A model generated the notes under the pieces. It did no database searches and was not told where the DNA came from. It saw only the letters and a list, made by a program, of their open reading frames with translations. 64,000 bases of DNA from an uncultured Chloroflexia bacterium (GTDB lineage: Bacteria; Chloroflexota; Anaerolineae; CG2-30-64-16): NCBI GenBank assembly GCA_963810095.1, contig CAWEMM010000012.1, positions 352,001 to 416,000 of the forward strand, written 5' to 3'. Each line of letters begins with the position of its first letter. Position 1 is the stretch's first letter. The position numbers were made by a program, and so were the translations under genes. Of this stretch, positions 58,501 through 64,000 are shown in pieces.

Positions 58501-58560
58501 CGTTCCGATTTCGCCTTCGAGCGTAATGCCCTTGCCGTTGATCGTGGTCTCGACTTGCAT
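55516..58560 (-). CDS. Xanthine dehydrogenase-family molybdenum hydroxylase, fused [2Fe-2S] + Mo-binding subunits (XdhD/YgfN-like)
   Basis: GCDHGECGAC, QCGYCTP, CRCTGY, VGGGFGGK, AFRGYG, KAVGE. Confidence 0.93.
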   Translation of the reverse strand: MQVETTINGKGITLEGEIGTTLLDALRAAGFLSVKHGCDHGECGACAVLFDGEQVNSCHLLLPQAAGHSIQTIEGLGQVAEQGWKRTPGLHPLQQAFIEAGAVQCGYCTPAQLLAAQALLVSKGYADGTAQPVSEQEVREALSGVLCRCTGYLKPVQAVLAAAARLRGEEVPPQPSHVSPATGGGEPEGGIPVDFRLDEPPAPHRSGRDPVGPADTDLNTLTETPVILVTHEPSELRVVGKPAQKVDAVKLAQGKPAFVDDIELRGLLVGKILHSPVAHARIKSIDVTKARALPGVAAVLTYRDIPRVAHSTAGQTHPLPSPLDTFSLDSKVRFVGDRVALVAAETEEIAQQALDLIEVEYEELPAIIDARDAMKPGAPLIHDEDDFVEFAESDRARNVAAHIHVDIGDVDQGFAEADHIFEGEYFVPKVQHVHIEPHVVVTYWDEDDRLVVRTSTQVPFHARRILAPILGLPVKRIRVIKPRVGGGFGGKQEVMIEDAAGHLTIATGRPVRLEYSREEEFIASRSRHPMYVRVKTGVKEDGTVTANEMYLISDTGAYGSHALTVAGNTGHKSMALYVGDGPYRTSPNIRFVADTVYTNTVPAGAFRGYGVPQGYFPVDTQMERIARALDLDPIEFRLKNAVRAGEPQPFSKAWSEGREPHPEYIETCALEEAARRGAEIVGWAEKRAGNDWRTVPGMPHLRRGLGVALAMQGTAIPYIDMGGASLKMNDDGSFNLLIGATDIGTGSDTVLAQMVAETVGCEVDDIIVYSSDTDFTPFDVGAYASSTTFISGAAATRAAQQVAEMIREVAVEFLGDEVSPDDVRLADRKAFAPDGRSVTLEQIALRSLHSSNQRQIMAVASFNSPVSPPPFTAQFAEVIVDTQTGEVRVERIVTVQDSGVIVNPVTATGQVEGAVTQQLGYALTEEMPFDAAGRPIMRDLRDYHIFTADEMPEIVTEFIQTIEPTHPFGVKAVGEVPMDGVAPAIANAIYDAVGAPLYQIPATPERVWRAMNAR

Positions 58561-58561
58561 T

Positions 58562-59380
58562 TCAGGCCTCCTCGCCGGCAGGGCTCTCGCCCGTCAGTTC
58601 CGCGGCGGCTCGGCGCACCAGCAGGGGTAGCATGGCATTGCGATACTCGGCCGTGCCCCGGCCGTCATCGTGCCAGTCAGCGTGAAGCAGCACGGCCGAA
58701 ATGGCGGCAAGGTCTGCATGGGGCGCACCGTCCAGCAATTGCGCCGCGCCCGCTAGCGTGACAAGCGGCTGATCTGCGCCCGTAGCAGCCACGATGAAGT
58801 TGCGGGGGGTTCCTTCATCCGGGCTGACCTCTGCGGCGACGGCAACGCAGAGAATGGGCAGGTCGGCCGGAGTGCGACTGATCTCGGCGAAAGCGACGCG
58901 GCGCGTTGCGGGCAGAAGGACGGCGGTGATGAGATCGCCGTTGATCAGCCGGGTCTGCGCGTAAGATGCGAGCGAAACCAGCCGGTGCCCCGGCTCCAGC
59001 TTCATCCGGGCTTGCAGGGCCAGCAGGCAGGCAAAGAGCGCCCCCGTATCACGGGTGGCGATCATTCCGCCGACGGTTCCACGCTGACGAAAGTTGCGTG
59101 GCGCCTGGCGGCGGGCCGCGTCGCGTAGCGCGCTCGGCAGGGCCTCGTTCGAAGCGAGCGCCTCGAGCGTGACTGTCGCGCCGATCTCCCAGCCCGCATC
59201 GCTGCGCTTGACGGCATCCAGGCCGAGCCCCGACAGGTCGACCAGGGCTTCGGGCCACTTGATGCCGCGGCGGAAATGCGCCCCGCCGGCAAGAGGTCGC
59301 GTCCGGGGCGAAGGCCGCCCCAGCAGGGCCAGCGCCGCGTCAACGGTGGCCGGCCGGTGGTACTCAAGAATGGGCGTCAC
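58562..59380 (-). CDS. Molybdenum hydroxylase FAD-binding subunit (YgfM-like)
   Basis: YHRP.TVD.ALALL, LAGG, IGATVTL, R..GTVGG, D.RGTAEYR. Confidence 0.88.
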   Translation of the reverse strand: MTPILEYHRPATVDAALALLGRPSPRTRPLAGGAHFRRGIKWPEALVDLSGLGLDAVKRSDAGWEIGATVTLEALASNEALPSALRDAARRQAPRNFRQRGTVGGMIATRDTGALFACLLALQARMKLEPGHRLVSLASYAQTRLINGDLITAVLLPATRRVAFAEISRTPADLPILCVAVAAEVSPDEGTPRNFIVAATGADQPLVTLAGAAQLLDGAPHADLAAISAVLLHADWHDDGRGTAEYRNAMLPLLVRRAAAELTGESPAGEEA

Positions 59381-59438
59381 GAGATAAGCTCCTCGTCGGG
59401 CTTGATGGCTTTTGGGTGGCGAATTGAACCGAGAGCTA

Positions 59439-60530
59439 TTACCCGATGTCCAGCATCCGGCGCACCGCGCGGTACGCCCGGACCCGGATCTCCTCGGGCA
59501 CCTCGGTCACATACTGCATGTACTTGAGCGCATCGCGGGTCATTTCCAGCGTGATCTGGTTCATGTGCGGGCAGCGAACGCTGCACAGCCGCAGCATCTC
59601 CTTGTGCGGGTTCGCAGCGGCGACGTTCTCGCCCATCGAGCACTCGGTCAGCAACAGGTATCGGGGGGCATCCGTCTTCTCGACGTAGCGGATCATCGCG
59701 TTTGTGCTGCCCGAGAAGTCAGACGCGGCGACCACCTCGGGGCTGCACTCGGGATGCGTCAGGATCACCACGTCGGGAAACTGCGTGCGCACCGCCTGTA
59801 TGTCGGCGACCGTGAACTTTTCGTGGACCTCGCAGCGCCCGCCCCAGCCCACCATATCGAACGGACCGGTGTCATCCACGATCAACTCCCCGTCGGCACC
59901 CCCGCCCGTGGCGGGGCGCTTCCGGGGGATGATGATGCGCTTGCCGCTCTCGCGCGCCACGTTACGCGCCAGGTACTCGTCGGGAAGGAAGATGAAGGTA
60001 TCCGCCCCCAACGACTTTGCCACCTCAACCGCGTTGCCCGACGTGCAGCAAACATCGCTCTCCGCCTTAACGTCGGCATAGGTGTTCACATACGTCACGA
60101 CCGGCACCCCTGGGAAGCGGGCCTTGAGCGCGCGCACGTCCTCCGCGGTGATACTGGCGGCGAGCGAGCAGCCCGCCTTGAGCGAGGGGATCAAGACGGT
60201 CTTGGACGGGTTCAGGATCTTGGCCGTCTCGGCCATGAACCGGACCCCACAGAAGACAATCACATCCTTGTCGGTCTGCGCGGCCTTCCGCGATAAATCC
60301 AACGAATCACCCACGAAATCGGGTACGGAGTGGAATAGTGCGGGCTCCATGTAGTTGTGGCCGAGGATGACCGCGTTGCGTTCGACCTTCAGCTGGTTGA
60401 TCTCATAGGCCAGCTCGGCTTTGACGCGCAGCTCGAAATCTGGCGTGTACTCGCCGATGCGCGCCTTGAGCTCGCGGTAGATATCGTCGACCGACATCCG
60501 GGTCCGGTCGATTGACTCCAATGTCGTCAT
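59439..60530 (-). CDS. nadA: Quinolinate synthase A
   Basis: ILGHNY, GDSL, FCGVRFMAETAKILNP, GCSLA, YVN, CEVH, HPEC, CPHM. Confidence 0.96.
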   Translation of the reverse strand: MTTLESIDRTRMSVDDIYRELKARIGEYTPDFELRVKAELAYEINQLKVERNAVILGHNYMEPALFHSVPDFVGDSLDLSRKAAQTDKDVIVFCGVRFMAETAKILNPSKTVLIPSLKAGCSLAASITAEDVRALKARFPGVPVVTYVNTYADVKAESDVCCTSGNAVEVAKSLGADTFIFLPDEYLARNVARESGKRIIIPRKRPATGGGADGELIVDDTGPFDMVGWGGRCEVHEKFTVADIQAVRTQFPDVVILTHPECSPEVVAASDFSGSTNAMIRYVEKTDAPRYLLLTECSMGENVAAANPHKEMLRLCSVRCPHMNQITLEMTRDALKYMQYVTEVPEEIRVRAYRAVRRMLDIG

Positions 60531-60594
60531 AACCGCTCCTGGGATTGCAGGTTGAGGTTCGCAGGCAGCAAATCAATCTGCAACTAGAGTTTCT

Positions 60595-61461
60595 TCAGTC
60601 CGTGAGGTCCAGGCTGATGTCCAGTGCCGCGACCGAGTGCGTCAGTGCGCCGACGGAGATGAAGTCCACGCCCGTCTCGGCCACCTCCCGCACGCTCTCC
60701 ATGTTGATGCCGCCCGAGGCCTCGAGGGGCACCCGCGCGTCGGCCACGCGCACCGCCTCGCGCATGACCTCGGGCGACATGTTGTCGAGAAGAATCCTGT
60801 CCGCACCCGCGTCGAGCGCCTCCGCAAGTTGGTCCAGGTCGGTCACCTCGACCTCAATCTGCCGGCCGCGGTCGTCGCCCCCGTCCAGGCCGGCCCGGAC
60901 CAGGCGCACCGCCTCTGCGACCGAGCCGACCGCGGCGATGTGGTTGTCCTTGATCAGCGCCATGTCATACAGGCCGCTCCGGTGGTTCCTGCCCCCGCCC
61001 AGTCGCACGGCCCACTTGTCGAGCACACGCAGCCCGGGCACGGTCTTGCGGGTATCGAGGATCGTCGCGTGCGTTCCCGCCACAGCATCGACATACGCCC
61101 GGGTTGCCGTGGCGATGCCCGACATGCGCTGCAAGAAGTTGAGTGCCACACGTTCGCCGGTCAGGATTGCGCGGCCCGGCCCGGAGACCTGGGCGATCAC
61201 CTGTCCACGCTCGACACACAGCCCGTCCCCGATCAGTACAAGCAACTCGACGCGGGGATCCAGCAGGGCAAACGTGCGCCAGACGACATGGATGCCGGCC
61301 ACCACACCCGTCTCCTTGGCCAGGAAACGACCCGTGAGCCGGGCGTCCTCGGGGATGGTGTTCTCCGTCGTCACGTCGCCGTCGCCGATATCTTCGGCCA
61401 GGGCGGCGAGGACAATGCGGTCAATGTCGGCTTGCAGCGGGACGCCCTGTTCGTCGATCAT
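60595..61461 (-). CDS. nadC: Quinolinate phosphoribosyltransferase
   Basis: ERVALNFLQRMSGIAT, DTRKT.PG, LIKDNH, LLDNM, EASGG. Confidence 0.96.
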   Translation of the reverse strand: MIDEQGVPLQADIDRIVLAALAEDIGDGDVTTENTIPEDARLTGRFLAKETGVVAGIHVVWRTFALLDPRVELLVLIGDGLCVERGQVIAQVSGPGRAILTGERVALNFLQRMSGIATATRAYVDAVAGTHATILDTRKTVPGLRVLDKWAVRLGGGRNHRSGLYDMALIKDNHIAAVGSVAEAVRLVRAGLDGGDDRGRQIEVEVTDLDQLAEALDAGADRILLDNMSPEVMREAVRVADARVPLEASGGINMESVREVAETGVDFISVGALTHSVAALDISLDLTD

Positions 61462-61630
61462 GCTCTCACTCCTACCCCTAAAGATACCACAGACGACACT
61501 GGATGGGAAGGAACGCGCAAGGATCGCGACGGCCGCAAGGAGCGGGATGATTGTCAACGGGCTGTCGGTCATTTATCCGGAAGCACCCGCCGTCTTCGGC
61601 TATCCTCGCGGGTGAACGAAAGGAGCGTAA

Positions 61631-62005
61631 GTGAACGTCATCCTCTGGGCACTGCAAATCATCCTCGCCATCAAACTGTTGTCGGCCGCGTTCACGCACG
61701 GGCTGCGGCCCGACTACGCCAAGATGCAGCGGGGCCTGGCGCGCTTCGGCGCCGCCACGTGCCCGCTCCTGGTGGTGATCGCCGTCGCCGCCTTGCTCGG
61801 TGCCGCGGCCCTCATTCTGCCCACGGCCCTGGGCCTCGACCCGGCTTTGACGGGATGGGCAGCGGCTGTCGTCGCCGTCTTCATGCTGCTGGCGGTCGCA
61901 TTCCACGCGGGCTGTCGGGAGAAGCAGAGTTGGCCGGTCAGCCTTGTGCTGGCTGCAATGGCCGGCTTCGTCGCCTACGGGCGCCTGGTCATCGCACCGC
62001 TTTAG
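61631..62005 (+). CDS. DoxX-like membrane protein
   Basis: MNVILWALQIILA, four hydrophobic segments, FVAYGR end. AAGGAG RBS. Confidence 0.8.
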   Translation: MNVILWALQIILAIKLLSAAFTHGLRPDYAKMQRGLARFGAATCPLLVVIAVAALLGAAALILPTALGLDPALTGWAAAVVAVFMLLAVAFHAGCREKQSWPVSLVLAAMAGFVAYGRLVIAPL

Positions 62006-62967
62006 GCTTCGTGGCGCCGGGGAAGGCGACCGGGGTCAGGGTAACCTGGCCCTGGAGCGCGTCGACCGCGGCCGGCTCGGGCAGGCTGTGGCCGGGGCGC
62101 GCGATGGCGGCTGCCGCAAACGCGGTCGCGAGCCGGGCTGTGTCGGCCAGAGCGAAGCCGCGTAGCTTACCCACGACGATCCCGGCCACCATCGCGTCGC
62201 CCGCCCCGACGGTGCTGACCACCTCCACCTGAGGCGGCCTGGCCCACAGCGCCGTGTCTGCCTCGACGAACAGCGCCCCCTCCCGGCCCATTGAAACGAC
62301 GACCGTGCCGATCCCGTGCCGGCGGATCAGCTCGCGGCCGGCGTCGAGAATGGCCGCCGGCGACCCGAGCGGCTTGCCCATCAACTCCGCCAACTCCTCC
62401 ACGTTCGGTTTGATCACTCGGGGAGCTGCCGCAAGCGCCCGACGCAGGCCCTCCCCGCTTGTGTCGAGAATGACCTGGCGCTCGCCGAGCGCCCGCACGA
62501 TCTCGGCATAGACATTCTGCGACAAGCCGGGCGGAACGCTGCCGGAAAGCACGAACCAATCGCACGTGCTCTGCCAGGCCGGCCAGTGTGGCAAAGAGGC
62601 GTTCGAGGTCCTCAGGACCGGGTGTCTGGCCCGGGAAGTTGATGTCGGTGGTCTGGCGAAGGGCCGGATCGGTGATCTTGAGCCCGGTGCGCGTCTGACC
62701 CGGGATGCGTACGCAGCGATCCTCGATCCCTTTCGAGTGGAACAGCTGGCCAAAGATGGCCTGGTTCTCCGCACCCAGGAAGCCTGTGACGGTGGCCGGC
62801 ACGCCGTAGTCGGCCAGGAAGGAGGCCACGTTGATCCCTTTGCCGCCCGCATCGATGCGCGACGACTGCACCCGGTTAACCGCGCCCGCGGCAAAGCCGG
62901 GGATGACCAGGGTCTGGTCGATGGCCGGATTGAGCGTGACGGTGACGATGCGGGGCGTCTCAGACAT
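61989..62967 (-). CDS. 1-phosphofructokinase family hexose kinase (PfkB; frameshift near 62570)
   Basis: TVTLNPAID, GGKGINVA, LSGS.P, KPN.EEL, STVGAGDAMVAG. Confidence 0.92.
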
Positions 62968-63101
62968 GTCGCCATTCTACTGCAAAGACAGGCATTTGCC
63001 GACCCGAGGGGCGCGGGACCTCGAGCTGCGTCGCGCCCGTCTGTCCTCCATGCGCCTGCGCGTCGTCGTGCCGTTGCCGACCGCGTGGGGCTGGGGCGCG
63101 C

Positions 63102-63131
63102 AAAGGGGGACGGGTTCGCCCATCCCCCTTT
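63102..63131. terminator. Hairpin terminator
   Basis: AAAGGGGGACGGG-TTCG-CCCATCCCCCTTT downstream of the PA14 gene. Confidence 0.7.
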
Positions 63132-63155
63132 ACATGTCAGCGGTTCACCGGAGGC

Positions 63156-63922
63156 TTACTTCGGGAACCACCCCGCCAGCGTCTTCGAGCATCTGTAGTT
63201 CTGCGCGGGCTGCTGCGCGCTCACGTAGAAGGTCTGCTCGATATCGGCCGGGCCGCAGACGTTCCAGGACTGGATCTGGTTCTCCAACGAGATCGAGCCG
63301 TAGTCCAGGTTCCAGGTCGGGATGAAGCACTCTTTCTGGTGCCAGTTGTTCTGGATGCACGGCGTGAAGTCGCCGAACTCCGTCACCACGCTCGTCTGTG
63401 AGGGCGGCAGCGACGGCCAGAGTTGGCCCGGAGGCGCCGGGGTCGGGGCGCGCAGGTCGAGCAGGTCGACCAGCTGACGAACACATACGCCAGCTGCGTG
63501 AACTCCCGGTACAGCACCTCGATGCGGTGCTGCCCCTGCCACATGGCGACCGGCACCGTGAAGGACTTGCCCGACTGGCCCTGGCCGCGGGTGTCAAACA
63601 CCGTGTTGCCGTCGATGATCAGCGTGATCTCGTCGTCGGCGACCAGGGTGAAGTAGTACGTCGTCCCGTTGAAGTTCGCGTCGGTGTTGAACCGCGCCGT
63701 GAAGTTGTCGGGCGGCACCGCCGGACCCGGCGAGCCGTAGCCCCAGTCGAGCGAGACGAAGCTGATCTGCTGCGTCTGGACCGGCGAACCGGACCAGTTC
63801 GGGTTGTTCCAGTAATCCGCACCCCAGATGTTGCCGCTCTGGGATTGGGCCGGGGTGACGCTGGCGACGACCGCCAGGCCCACCACCAGCACCAAGGCAA
63901 TGGGGAGAAGAAGTCGTTTCAT
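63156..63922 (-). CDS. Secreted PA14-domain protein (frameshift near 63455)
   Basis: Signal peptide, YWNN..WSGSP, LDWGYGSP, DNFTAR, ADD.I.LIIDG, H.IEVLY.E. The C-terminal domain has several Cys. Confidence 0.8.
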
Positions 63923-64000
63923 GAGGTTACTCCTTGGCGGCTTCCGCAACGGTAAGCTTGCCCGTCACCGGTTTGGCCGGGCTGACGCGCCCGACGTAGA

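Noticed and set aside
61462-61630. NAD riboswitch or NrtR/NiaR site upstream of nadC
   Set aside because: No convincing consensus or palindrome could be identified by eye.

Overview
This is a GC-rich bacterial chromosomal segment. It is most likely Chloroflexota (Anaerolineae-like), inferred from the VVEKVV/PTKAPA-rich lipoprotein linkers, the MurF-Alr fusion and the repeat types. Many clear genes carry single-base frameshifts, including essential ones (gltX, murF-alr), which points to uncorrected long-read assembly errors rather than pseudogenes. Gene content, in order: (1) a LacI-controlled oligosaccharide locus (Opp-type ABC transporter, GH2 beta-mannosidase, ChbG/YdjC deacetylase, 5'-truncated GH18, GH4, BadF-type kinase); (2) a beta-propeller lipoprotein, DUF1361, a GTPase/DUF697 protein, murF-alr and rhaA; (3) a second LacI operon that couples an Rbs-type sugar ABC transporter to two UroD/MtaA-like proteins, where the binding protein is an almost perfect internal tandem duplication; (4) housekeeping genes (gltX, rpiB, tRNA-Pro(GGG), fmt, recJ), an ANTAR two-component system, a sulfatase and a GH1; (5) an MFS-radical SAM-HAD-DUF389 cluster; (6) a nadC-nadA-nadB cluster interrupted by a YgfM/XdhD-like molybdenum hydroxylase pair. 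Intergenic spaces are densely filled with several families of palindromic REP/MITE-like elements. No CRISPR array, prophage or transposase gene was seen. All family assignments come from motifs recognised by eye, not from database searches.
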